Positions 1 to 11,787 of a stretch of 64,000 nt of DNA are shown in pieces. The notes under the pieces are model-generated. The model saw only the letters and a program-made list of their open reading frames with translations. It did no database searches and was not told the origin of the DNA. Source of the DNA: Podarcis filfolensis (Eukaryota); the NCBI GenBank assembly GCA_964270895.1, contig OZ185446.1. One strand, given 5' to 3'. Position numbers and translations under genes: made by a program. Numbering within the stretch: position 1 is the stretch's first letter; each line of letters begins with the position of its first letter.

Positions 1-581
1 ATGCTCAGGAGATATAACCTCATTTTCACATCGGCCTCAGGAGACAGCAGGTGCTTTTGTGTCTTTCCACGCTTGCATCTGGCAAATTCAAATCACCAGA
101 ATAGTCCAAGTGATACTTAATCTACCAATCAAATTTCCAAGATGCTTGGATTTCACACTTTGCAGCATAGTTCATAGGACAGAGAAAGTCGCTGTGTTTC
201 ACCAGTGCTCCCAGGAAGAGTGTTATTCACTGGGCTGATTAAATTGTACTTTTATTTGCCTCCGAGGCTCTCTCTTCTCTTGTTTCCAATTGCAGGCTGC
301 CAAATGGTCCTTCTTTACCTGACCTGGCTATAAATTAGCTAGGGGAGGTCTCTGAAGCAGTGGCAGAGTCAACTCTAAATAAACAGACAATACTGAGCTA
401 GATATGCCAGTGGTCTGACTAAGGCAGGCTCCTGTTCCTCTTTGTTTTCGACTGACTTTCGCCCTTACTTTCTGTGCTGTGCTGTGCATCTCCAGCCTTC
501 CTACCTAGCCTGCATTAAAAATAGCTGCATCCATCTTTCAGCATACTTGGATGGATACCTTGGCTTGACTTTCCTTTAGAT

Positions 582-722
582 CAGTGTTGGGGAACCTGTG
601 GCCCTGTAGATGTTGCTGGACTTCAACTCCCAGAGGCCTCGGAGGCCAGCATGGCCAATTGTCAGGGTTGATGGGAGTTGTAGTTCAAGAACATCTTTTG
701 GGGCACAGGTTTCCCATTCCTG
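582..722. mobile_element. Short palindromic hAT-type MITE
   Basis: Inverted arms cagtgttggggaacctgtggccc...gggcacaggtttcccattcctg; flanking 8-mers ctttagat / ttgtagat (6/8 match). Same family as 61941-62076. Confidence 0.8.
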
Positions 723-787
723 TTGTAGATCATGATTCTTGGATCTTCTTGTAAATTGTTCCTGGAGCTCATTTTCAATACTGGCCC

Positions 788-1175
788 AGTGGTTACTGAT
801 ACTGCCAGTACATGGTCCATACCCATACCCTATAAGTGTCCCAGAAAAACTGGGAAAGCCCATTTTTTTCTCCCGAGAAAATAATGGCCATTTTGGGCCC
901 TGTGATCTTGTGTGATTTTGTGCCATGATTCCCCTCAAAAAACTCTTTATTCAGGGCTGCGATCTTGTGCAGTGCCCCAAAACACATGCTTTGGGGTGCC
1001 ATGCCCCCCAAAGCACTGTTTCCGGTGGGATATTGTAGCACGAAATTGCACAAGATCACAGCTCCCAAAATGGCTGTTGTGCTCTCAGGAGAAAAAAAAT
1101 GGGAAGATGGTGTCCAGGAAGATTTTGAAGATGTGGTGTTGGAGGGTATGCCATACCAGTTTTGACTACCCCTAG
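788..1175. mobile_element. Degenerate MITE with long internal inverted repeat
   Basis: 860-935 (ccattttttttctcccgagaaaataatggccattttgggccctgtgatcttgtg) is an imperfect reverse complement of ~1030-1105. Termini are degenerate, so boundaries are approximate. Confidence 0.6.
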
Positions 1176-2029
1176 CCCAGGGCTAATAAATGTGAAATTG
1201 TGCTGGGTAAGGGTGTATAGAGGAACCAACAGGGGGACATGATATGGGCTGGCGAGAGCTGAGCAGCGACTGAACTACAGACCAATTTCATGTTGTTTCT
1301 CTTCTGTAAACTTTAATTGTGAATTTGCAGCAAGTTTGTTCTATATGCTGTGAACTTTCATTCTCTTAGAAGGAAAACAAGCCTGATTGATTTAATGAGG
1401 TTCTCAAGGCCTCTTTAATGTCTGCTCTTACAAGTTTTGCATGTTGATGTTCTTTCGATGTTGTTTGCTCATCATATATTTTATTGAATACCCCAATAAA
1501 TAGACACTTTTAAATGAATTGCCTACATGTGGCAAATAGTCTTGCTAAGATTCTGAGCTGAAATCATATGCGAAAGGATAAAAAGATGGAGGCTGATGGA
1601 GTAAAATCTATTTCAACAATGTTAAAAAACAGAAAGGCAACAAACATTTCGCCAAACATTTATATTTCTACTTCTTCAAGAAGTTTCAAGAATAAGGTCT
1701 TATCAGTGCAGATGCCATTATTAATACAATTTCACCCTTGGTAGTAACCTTATTAGGGCAAAGAGTTAAAAATATTTAAATACAAGCATGGGAGTTACAT
1801 TCTGAGGCACCACACGTATCAGCATACATTTGAAACACAAATGAAAAAGCCTGCAAACATTCCATTCCATTCCGCCTCCACCCCACCCCATTCTGCCCCC
1901 TTTTTGTGATGTTTTTGTGTCGTTCTCGAGTCACTTCTGGGTTCTGCACATATGTGCAATCCCGTGCATATTGAGCACATGTAAATAGGGGGTTGCCTGT
2001 ATGTTCTATGCATCAATACTGAATATCTG

Positions 2030-2212
2030 GTCTATGCAAATACAATACATCTAAAGGACACATGTCCCCCCAAACCCCAGGAATTGTAATTTGTTAAGGG
2101 TGCTGGGAATTATAGTTCTGTGAAGGGTAAAATGCAGTTCCCATGATTCTTGGGGGGAGGGGATAATGTGCTCCCAATGTGATTAAAATGTATGGTGTGT
2201 ATACACAGCCAT
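2030..2212. mobile_element. Palindromic MITE (catttaaagcac...gtgctttaaatg family, possibly PIF/Harbinger-related)
   Basis: Shares the core gggtgctgggaatt(g/a)tag and the right arm atgtatggtgtg(t)atacacagcc with copies at 3550-3745, 26665-26853, ~49010-49110 and ~58797-58900. Confidence 0.65.
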
Positions 2213-3344
2213 AGAAAGCTGGGTGCAATCTACACTTTAGAAAAGCTCAGTTTTCTAGCCTTCATAGGACTGTTCCATTTTACAACAAAGTAAGGGAATC
2301 ACAAAATTAAATGCTCCACCAAAAAAGAAAACACTCTGCCATGGGATGATAGTATAGTACTCAGAAACATTCCAGGTTGGTCTTCCCTCCCAACATGCTC
2401 AGTTTTCATGTGCAAATACCTTTTTTTATAGTTTCTGTTTGCATGGGGGAAGATTCAAACTCAAGACACCCCACCCACCCCAGTTTAAAGCAGAATAGTC
2501 CCAGGAAGCATGCACAATGTGCAGGGCTGGCCTAAGACATTTTGCTCTCTGAGAGAACCGACAAGATGATGCCCCTCATTTCCACAGGCAGAAACTGACG
2601 GGAACTTATTTCAACCCTGGTGATAGGGCAGCAGCCTCCTTAGGCCAGCAGGTGATCTTAGAGAGCAAAAGGCAGGCTGAATGATTCACACAGCCGTGTC
2701 CTCTGTGTTGCCAACTTCCCAACCCACCAGTATCTGTTGCCTGAGGTAGTTGCCTCACTTTGCCTTATGGTAGGACTGGCCCTGATTATGTGGATATATT
2801 TCCCATCTGAGCACATTATGGCTGCAATCCTAAACATACTTATGATAGAGTAAGTCCCACTGAACTCAGCTTTTTTCTCTTGTAGAAACATGCCAAGGAC
2901 TGTACTATTACAGAGCCAAATGACAGGATGGAATTGTCACCACAAGTGCTGCTTTCTTCAAAAGGGAGAAGTGAAAGCAGCAGATGTTGATGCTTCTTTT
3001 TTCCTGGGAAGCAGAAAGTGAACTTATTGTTATGACGATAACCCTTTAAAATTAGGTTGCTATAATGAAATATAACTATTTGTTTCGTTCTTATGATTAT
3101 TGTGAAACATCTGTGGGGAAATATCGGAATGAAACCATTGATGTGGTTTGTAGAAATAGCCAAGGTACTATCATAGGGCTGTGACTGGGACAGTCAAACC
3201 ACGTTCTGTAGAAATTCCAGAATCATGAGCTTCTTTAATAATGACATATTCCCTCCTCATTTTATTTATTTATTTACTACTCTCTCTCTGTGTGTGTGTG
3301 TCTATAGAATAGCAGAATTTTCAGAATAGAATAGCAGAATTTTC

Positions 3345-3540
3345 AGTAGGCATTTAAAAGGTGAAACAGAAGGTGCCTGAGTAACCTTTGTTGGCAGGAT
3401 ATTCTATAAGCTTGGGCTGATAACACTAAAGGCTCGGTTTCTTGTTGTCGTCAAATGAGCCTTGCCAAATTGGGGAACAACCAACGACATGACTGCAGAT
3501 TATCTCAGTGATCAAACCGGGGATATAAGGGCTCTGTATA
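3345..3540 (-). mobile_element. Old L2 LINE 3' fragment
   Basis: Resembles the minus-strand L2 3' region at 13700-13950 (gaaggtgcc...ttctataagcttggg...actaaaggctcggtttcttgttg); heavily decayed. Confidence 0.5.
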
Positions 3541-3549
3541 GATTTGGGG

Positions 3550-3745
3550 ACAGAGCCGCACTATGCATTTAAAGCAAATTCAATGCACATTTAAAGCACA
3601 AGACTTCCTCCAAGGAATTCTGGCAACTGTAGTTTCCCTTTCACAGAGCTACCATATCCAGTACCCTTACCAAATACAAGACCTCAGAACTCTTTGGAGA
3701 AAGTCATATGTTTTTAAATGTATGCTCAGTATGCTTTAAATATCT
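3550..3745. mobile_element. Palindromic MITE (same family as 2030-2212)
   Basis: catttaaagca arms inverted to tgctttaaat(a/g); internal gaattctggcaactgtagttt. Confidence 0.6.
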
Positions 3746-4241
3746 ACATTTGGTCAGAATAAAAGTTGTGGGTGGGGATATGGTACATTCCATTGCTGGG
3801 TTGGAAATTCCTGCCAATGAGCCCTCCGCTCCACTGCTGTTAATATTCTTTTTGATCCACCATTTACAAATTATGGATAGATTGGGACTGCTGTCCGGAG
3901 CTGTGTGTTTCAGCCCTTGCTATTAAAGTAAAATAACTAACTGGGATTCCTATTTTATTGAGAAATAAAGCTAACATTGGTCCTTACTTTATTCAGACCA
4001 TTTCCCCTACAACTGTGCAGTTACTTTATGCCTTGGAGAAATAAATCAGGTGACCGTGCTTACAAAAGGAGTCTTGGTCCAACTAATGGAAGTGGGAAGC
4101 ACTACAAAGATTTCCTCCTCTTCCACTGCACTCTGCTGAGTCTGTGAGATTTCTCTCTGCGGGGAATAATAGGCCCTAATTGGCTGGATTTCCTTTGCCG
4201 GTACAAAGTGTTGTTTCTCTCTCTTGCTTTTTGCTCTTTAG

Positions 4242-4384
4242 ATTTTGGACCTCATTAAAGATGTCAAGGCAGGTGTCTTTGGGGACTTGTCTTCTCTATA
4301 TTCCAATGTGAAGGAGCAGTGTGAAATTTCACACACCACCTTGTCAGTGTTCTCTAGTCTTAGGGAGAGGATGCAGACCAAGGA
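4242..4384 (+). CDS. Candidate internal coding exon, product unknown (ILDLIKDVKAGVFGDLSSLYSNVKEQCEISHTTLSVFSSLRERMQTK)
   Basis: Strong acceptor ttgtttctctctcttgctttttgctctttag, 143 nt open in phase 0, donor GA|GTAAGG. Not repeat-like. I do not recognise the peptide. Confidence 0.35.
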
Positions 4385-5154
4385 GTAAGGGATAAGTTCA
4401 GCTTCTATGCCCTCTGAGTTGTTGGGCTCACATCTTTTATTAGTAACCAGAGTGCCAATTAGTGACGCTTGTTCCTGTAATGTTGACACATGTCCTCTCG
4501 GAACTGAACTAACACCATCTAGGTCGCCGATCAAAGCTATTAGATGAGCTGGATGTGAAAACAGTGACCTCACGAAAGGGTTTTTATCCTATTTCCAGTC
4601 CCTAGAGCCATTTGGTCTTTCCAGTACAGCACTCTCTAATGTATGTGCTTTCCTTCCAACTTCTCCCCCCTGCCCCCCCCAGTGTATACCCTACATAGCT
4701 GACAATGGTGACACCTGTGGTCTTGTTCAAAGATGGGACTGTGACAGGTTCACTGGAAAATGAACTGATTTGTTGCTTTGTGGCTGGAAGCTCATTCTCC
4801 CATGAAACAAGAATATTATATTCAAGAATTACGGATTTAAAGCACTGGCAAGTTTTCCTGAGACTATAAACACCGCCACACTTTCCCTTCAATATTTTTG
4901 AAAGTTTAGGAAAGCATTTCCATAATTTTTGCACACAACCCATACAAATCAGAAGAAGGAACCAACTCTGTAGTCATCTAAATAAATAATACTAATCCTA
5001 TTGATGGCTGTGATAATTCCCCTGTCAGATTGCACACCAAGAGAGCAGGGTACAAAAGCTGGACACCCATTCATGTAAGGGCACTGGGGGCGGAGTGGGG
5101 AAGGGAATTGGTACAGACAAGTCCTGGCACCCTGACCCAATGATCATCCAGATA

Positions 5155-5875
5155 ACGATGGACAAATCTGAAAATTTCAGTTTCTCATTTTTCCACTCTT
5201 AAGTTCAGTTCTCCACACTTCCGCATCAACTTGCATTTTTAAATAAAGAAAGCAAGTCCTTTTGGAAAATCGTATTAGGGATTGTAGGGAAAGATCTGCC
5301 AAAAAAGCTGAAAAACATCTTCATGTATGCGACAACAGCCGCGAGAGTTCTGGTAGCACAAGGATGGAAGACTGTAGAAACCCCAACTAAAGAATCATGG
5401 CAAGAAAAATTGATGGACTATGCAGAACTGGCAAAACTGCCATACAAGCTATGAGACAAGGATAACTGTGACTTTAAAGATGAATGGGAACCCTTTACAA
5501 AGTATTTGAAGACACAACAAAGTGAACTGGACTCCTTGGCTGGTTTTGAATAAACATTCACAAACTTTTTGTTGATAATAATCAGCTAAATAGTTTGAGG
5601 ATTTATACAACTGTGTAACATGCAGAAAACAGCATTTTTAGAGAAATCAAGGACTGGAACTGAGGGAAGTCAGGGGGTGGGGGTGGGTGGGCTCTGTGGG
5701 GGGAGGGAGGAAAATGGGGGAAAATAAGGATGATATGTTTCTGGATAATATGTTTTGTTTCAAATCTGAATAAAAGTTATTTAAAAAAAAGTAAAAGAAA
5801 AGAAAAATCATAAAATGAGAACTAGGTAGGTTCATCTATAAATCTAAACTGAATTAAATTTCACCCCCATCACTA
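5155..5875. mobile_element. hAT MITE (TAGGGATG-TIR family) interrupted by an L1 fragment
   Basis: Degenerate ends gatggacaaatctg... and ...cccccatcacta match the intact copy at 48498-48891. L1 is inserted at ~5271-5807. Confidence 0.6.
5271..5807 (+). mobile_element. 5'-truncated L1 LINE (ORF2 C-terminus, 3' UTR, polyA)
   Basis: Translates VLGIVGKDLPKKLKNIFMYATTAARVLVAQGWKT...SWQEKLMDYAELAK, homologous to the L1 at 43381-44109. One premature TGA. G-rich 3' UTR, AATAAA at ~5768, A-rich tail, short aaaatc duplication at the ends. Confidence 0.9.
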
Positions 5876-7489
5876 CATCTGGCCCTTGGGAGCAGTCTGC
5901 GTATGCCCTAGTCAAGGCAAGATCCTTTACCTGTCCCCATCAATTCATTTTATTAATTGATTGTATACCACCATGGTGGTTTGCAGAAAGACTGTATAAA
6001 AATATATAAAATACACACAATCAGTCAATCAATCAATCAATCAGTCAGTCAATAGAATCCAGGACTCTGCTTGTTCTCCTTCGCACATGTACAACTTAGG
6101 CTGAAGTAAGGTGAGCATCCCGGGGTATCTGAGTTACTGGAAGCATGTGATGGATAGGAGGAAGGCTTTCATAAGTGATGGGCTGTGGGCACAAGGGACA
6201 GGATTGTACTTCAATATGCTTGTCAGATACTAGCTAGATGACAAGGAGTGGTGTTAGGTACCAGCTGGGGAACCCCCAAGGGAAGCTGCAGAGGAGGAAG
6301 GCTCAGAGCCTGGGGGTTGGTGGTGGGACACTGAGTAGAGGTCAGAGGGAGAACAGGGCCGGGGTGGGGTGGGGTTGGATGCTGAAGAAGCAACAGGCTT
6401 TAGTGAGCAAGGAGAGCCTGTGACAGTGAGCAGCTCATACTAAAAGGCTGAAGAAGAGGAAGGGGGCAAGAGTTGAAGTGTTGGGAAACCAGCACAGAAA
6501 TGGCTCTCCCATTCCCTTGCTGGGTTCAGAAACTGTTTATGTGAACTGTCTTTCAAGTCTGGGCCTGTGCACAAAGTATTCTGCCACCTTTGGTACCAAC
6601 AGCTTCCTAGAAGTTGAGGTTTTAGATCATTAACGCTTTGAAATCCACACAAGCATGGCAGTGACACCTCCCCCCCCCCACCGCCACACTTATCTGGCAA
6701 ATCTGAATTTAAACACAAGAAAGACTGAACTTAATAAATCACAGGATGTAAAACATTGCTACAGAAAGAGAAATGTATCTAAATAAATTTGCTGTTTCCT
6801 GCTAGGAATTCCCTTCCCTTGTTTATTCCTTCAAAGGGCGATGGAAACCACCCATTCTGTATATATGTCAGAACAGTTCAATCTTTCCTCAGCCCAATTT
6901 TGTTTGAAAGCTCGCTACATGAAAAATGCGCAGAGCCCCCTAATAAAAAGCTGGCCATATCACTGTCGGTGTAACTTTGTCCGTGTTAAAGAACTATGGA
7001 GGAAGTCAAGAAATGTAGCTTGTTATACATTGTAAACATGCAGATGAAATGGGATTCGATGCAATTTTCCTGCAAGTAATATGGAATACGCTCTAATTTC
7101 AGTGCTGTGATCCAGCAATTAAATGCAATGTGCTAACTGGATCCAGATGGCAGATCACCTATGGACGGCAAAGTTAGAGAGTGTGCCATGTTTTGAGATG
7201 ATGTCAGAGGAAATTATGTCCTGTTTTGTTCTCCGTCTTGGAAAGATTGCTAAAACATAAGCATTTGGTATCCTAGGCTAGCTGGCATTAATCCCCAAAG
7301 TCAACAACAATATCCATTCCAACTTTTCGGAGAGCATAATGAACAGATGTGTTACTGTGTGTGCACCAGCCTTGTGGCAAAGTACAAATCACTTTAATTT
7401 TCATCTCACACAGGTTGCAACCCAGGACTGCCTTTTTGCCTTTGATGGGGAAAGGGAATGTTACTGGATTAAAAGTCATTCATCTATAA

Positions 7490-7492
<3 letters not shown>

Positions 7493-7540
<48 letters not shown>
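7493..7540. repeat. (AG)n microsatellite
   Basis: Uninterrupted AG run. Confidence 0.98.
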
Positions 7541-7543
<3 letters not shown>

Positions 7544-8432
7544 ATTTATACAGGTGTTCTGTTAAGAGGAGGCAGCCATGCTTTGTTCAAGTCCAAAAAA
7601 TGCACTGAGTTTGTTCTTCCCCCAAGTGTCCATTTGAATTCATTTTGATTCAATTAAATACATTTGCAAAGCTGAGGGAAGTGCAGTGTTCCATGGAACT
7701 GACCTCAGGCCAAATTTAAATCTCGATTTCAGCAAAAGTTGGATCAGGTCCTAGACCCTTTCTATCCAGATGAGAAGTGTGGGACCTATCTGAAGTCTTT
7801 AGCGAGTTAAAGAACTGGGTTCTATAAAGGCCATTAAATGGCAATTGAAAGAAAGACCTGGTGAAACTACAGTAATGCACCGAGCAGGTACTTTGCATTC
7901 ATTATAACAGCAGACAACCTTTTTCCTATCTCTTGCCGTGTTATGAGAGGAGTTCCCAGAAGAGAGAAATCAATTAACTCTTTCTTTTGGCAATGAGCAT
8001 GCTAGGTGTTCTTTTAATGCGCATTATTTGTGCTCAATTATACATGAGCTCTATTGTAAGACAAATGCCATTATCGAAGTTTATTTATTCATGGGACGTC
8101 ATCTGTAATACACCCAGCACCAGTTTTTCTCAAAGTTGAGTATTGATCATTGGCTTTAATCAGACGTACCAAGGGATCAGACTCCAGTATTCAGCAACTG
8201 GAGTGTTTGAGCATCAGAGCATCAGCACATCTCTCTGGGTCTCTGCCAGGCTAAAAGGGAACACTGAGACTGCGTCAAGCAGTACTAAGTGGAGACTGGC
8301 TTTCCATACATTAAGATAAGTGGCCTCCCTGCCCCATCTGTGATTGAACGATGATTAATCTGCCCGATTTGGCATGTCATTACATTGTTTTCCAACTCAT
8401 TCTGAAGACCCTTCCTACAACGTCTTTTACAG

Positions 8433-8520
8433 AAATGTAGCAAGAAGATCGCTTGAGGGACTCAGAGCAGACGCCTGCTTACCTTAATGATATCGACCTG
8501 GAGACTCTCTGTGTCTGCAG
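8433..8520 (+). other. Candidate exon or recursive splice site
   Basis: Acceptor gtcttttacag (8432), alternative acceptor at 8440, donor CAG|GTAAAA at 8521. CpG-retaining. Phase-compatible with exon 4242-4384 (…TKE-NVARRSLEGLRADACLP*). Confidence 0.3.
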
Positions 8521-9092
8521 GTAAAATTTTTATAAACAGAGAATAAGTACCTTCTGTTCTATTCTAGATACATGACATGAAGCTTAGTCCATAAACAGCA
8601 CTCTGTCGGGGTGCAATTTATAATGGTAGAGACTTCTCTCTTATTATTTATACCATTTAATGAAGGCCTGGATGATAAAAGTTTCATCTTAGCATACTTC
8701 AGTTCAGCAGATTCACCATGCCCCCCCACCAGTTGCCTGCATCAGGCTAAAATTCATCATTTTGACCTTTTCTGTATTATCTTATGCAGATTGCTAATAC
8801 CAAGAGCAAGAAACAATACCCCAAAGAGACCCAAGTATTCTACAGATTAAGAGTGAGAGCACTCTGGTGACTCTTTCTATAAATTTTGCACATGCCTACC
8901 CCCTCCTTATTTCTCCAGTATATTTATTATTGGGAATTCAGACTTAAGCATACTTGATGTAAGTTGACAAAATTCCATTCCCTAGAAAACCTGGGTAAAC
9001 CTGGACTGCAAACTTTATTTCTTGATAGGTGAAGGTGTTGAGAAATTTAGGACTATATAGGACTGATTAAAACCCTCCACAGAAATCCATTA

Positions 9093-9350
9093 CAGTGGTA
9101 CCTCAGGTTAAGTACTTAATTTGTTCCGGAGGTCCGTACTTAACCTGAAACTGTTCTTAACCTGAAGCACCACTTTAGCTAATGGGGCCTCCTGCTGCTG
9201 CCACGCTGCCGGAGCACAATTTCTGTTCTCATCCTGAAGCAAAGTTCTTAACCTGAAACACTATTTCTGGGTTAGCAGAGTCTGTAACCTGAAGCGTATG
9301 TAACCTGAAGCATATGTAACCTGAAGCATATGTAACCCGAGGTACCACTG
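9093..9350 (+). mobile_element. Tc1/mariner (pogo/Tigger-like) MITE
   Basis: TIR CAGTGGTACCTC(A/G)GGTT...AACCCGAGGTACCACTG, TA duplication on both sides, repeated TAACCTGAAG motifs. Confidence 0.95.
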
Positions 9351-11446
9351 TACTACTTGCATTTATTTGCTTTTTACATTTTGACAATTGAGGAGAAACT
9401 GAGAATTAAAGCAAAAATGAGGACAGTATTTCCTACCCTCTCTCTAAATTGGCTTTGGGATGTTATGTAGCAAAATCTGTTTGTCTACATAGTGCCATCA
9501 CAATGACATTTCCAAAGGAGAACAGGAAGGATTGGCTTGAATCTGAATTTGCTTTGTGACATCACCATGTACAAACAAATGTGAATTGCTATGTGGTGTC
9601 CTGCCGGAAAGCACAATTCCTAACTGGCTTGGAATCATTAGTGTGAAAGGTTTTGTTTTATTATTTAATGGTGCTGAGACAGCAACTGACTGGTGGTTGT
9701 GACCAAGGCCAAACAAAGTGTCCAAGCAGACATTTCTGGGAACATTTTGCACTACTTTGGTAGTGAAAATATTTGCTTTCGAAAATTTAGCACAACAGTA
9801 AGCTTGACTCTCTGCCTCCAGATATTCAAAACTGCAACAAACCATGTGAATCTTTCTCTTAGATGAGAAATCCACGGTGAAATAACTTGTGGTGCTTTTA
9901 TTGCTCTCATACCTTTTTTGGAACTGTGTTTCGTTCCATTTAATAACCCTGTTGTGGTGAAACTGCTGTTTTGGCTTGGGAGGACTGGCAAGGCCTGCAG
10001 GTAAAGGCTGTCAATGTCACTGGTTAATCAGCTGGAGAGGCTACTATCCAGTGCCCATGACAGCTTGGGGAAAAAGAGTATTGGAACAGAACTGTGTTCT
10101 CTTGAATGCTAGTCAAATCGCACACCACTCACACATTCAATTACAAGCTCCCATCTGCCTTTGAGGCTTCACAATTGTACACCCTTCAGAGCAGACAGTG
10201 ATGATGAAAAAATGAATTCAAGTTTAGTAGGAATGACTTTCTCTTGAGTGCATCAAAACAGCAGGTCTAATGGAAGTTTTGGGGGCAAGCCTTGTTTTTA
10301 TTTCAGTGGGACAATTTTTCATCCTATTCTGCATTTGTCACAATCAGCGCAGTTGCTGTTCCACTGCAGCTCAGCTTCCGCTAAAACCTACATTGTTCAT
10401 CTCACTCTTTGCAATGGTTGAAATTAATGTAATTAATTACACAATCAATTTCAATGGAAGGGAAACATTAAAAATGAAGAAAATGATAACATTATTTACA
10501 TGGTGCTTGCAGACTTTAAAAATGCTGGTAGTGAATAATGTTAATATTTGCTTGTGTGATTTCCATTCCTGATCTCTAATGAACATGCAAATTGTGGCAA
10601 TGTCCACTCCCAGTTCCATGGACTTCTCCAACAGCCATACTTCCATCCATAGTTGCTAAGTAAGTCTTTTTAGGCTGTGTCTTAAACATATATTTTTTTT
10701 AGCTAAGAAGATGGCAGTCCTATGAAGCTGCATGTGATGAGCAGCTTTTCTCTGCTCAAACAGAATTGGCTCAGCCTTTATGAAGGGAAAAGCTACTAAG
10801 AGTTCTTTTTGAGCTTGTCTTATGGGCACATAACCTGTGCCCCATCCTATTACTACATGCCCCACTCCCCCCGTCAGAACTGCATTCCCCAGCACCAGCC
10901 ATGGCAGAAATCTACTTGGAAACTGAACCTCCCCTCTCACTCAAGTGCCCATAAACACCCCTGGGTTTTAGCTGTGGAAGGGGGACAGCAGTCACATACA
11001 ATGTCTGCAAGAATTAAGTAAGGGAATTCACTGACCCAAACTCAGAAGGAAAAAAAGCCACCACACAAAAGGCTGCAGAGTTGGATGGTCTGCTCATATA
11101 AGCCCAGTCCATGTACTACTCATACAATAGAACAACACATATGCAAGAGAGCTGAGGTGCTGCACTTTTAAGTTCTACTGTTGAAATCATGTGATCCCTG
11201 GCCCTTCACATATTGAGCTTTAAGTTTTGAATTAAGTAGTCTTTTCTATTCATGTAGGAGGCTCCTCGCACAGTTTGGAATCACAGAGGAAACCTAGATG
11301 CATAGCAATGGTCCCTCACTTCAGAAGTTAACTCTCAGTGTATGAGGGGCTGGAAGGAGCTGCACAATCTTGATGGTGGGGCTACCAACACAGTCCCTTG
11401 GTTTTCATGTAGCCCCATTTGCGGCTAACACATGGAGATGACTATA

Positions 11447-11787
11447 AAAAGGTAAAGGTACCCCTGACTGTTAGGTCCAGTCATGCATGACTCTGGGGTT
11501 GCGCGCTCATCTCGGTCTATAGGCTGAGGGAGCCGGCGTTTGTCCGCAGACAGCTTCCAGGTCATGTGGCCAGCATGACTATGCCACTTCTGGTGAACCA
11601 GAGCAGCACACAAAAACGCCGTTTACCTTCCCGCCGGAGCGGTACCTATTTATCTACTTGCACTTGACGTGCTTTCTAACTGCTAGGTGGGCAGGAGCTG
11701 GGACTGCCACGGGGATTTGAACCGCCAACCTTCTGATCAGCAAGCCCTAGGCTCTGTGGTTTAGATCACAGCGCCACCCGCGTCCTT
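11447..11787 (-). mobile_element. Sauria SINE (Squam1), full length
   Basis: Minus strand starts ggacgcgggtggcgctgtgatctaaacc and ends in a (ttacct)-type tail. Perfect 15-bp TSD atggagatgactata at 11432-11446 and 11788-11802. Confidence 0.97.

Noticed and set aside
4238-4943. Two adjacent >110-aa minus-strand ORFs
   Set aside because: Separated by stops, no recognisable domain, no splice context; the only strong splice signals here are on the plus strand.
9093-9350. Repeated TAACCTGAAG units as a CRISPR-like array
   Set aside because: Internal repeats of a TA-flanked MITE; no unique spacers, no cas genes, vertebrate context.
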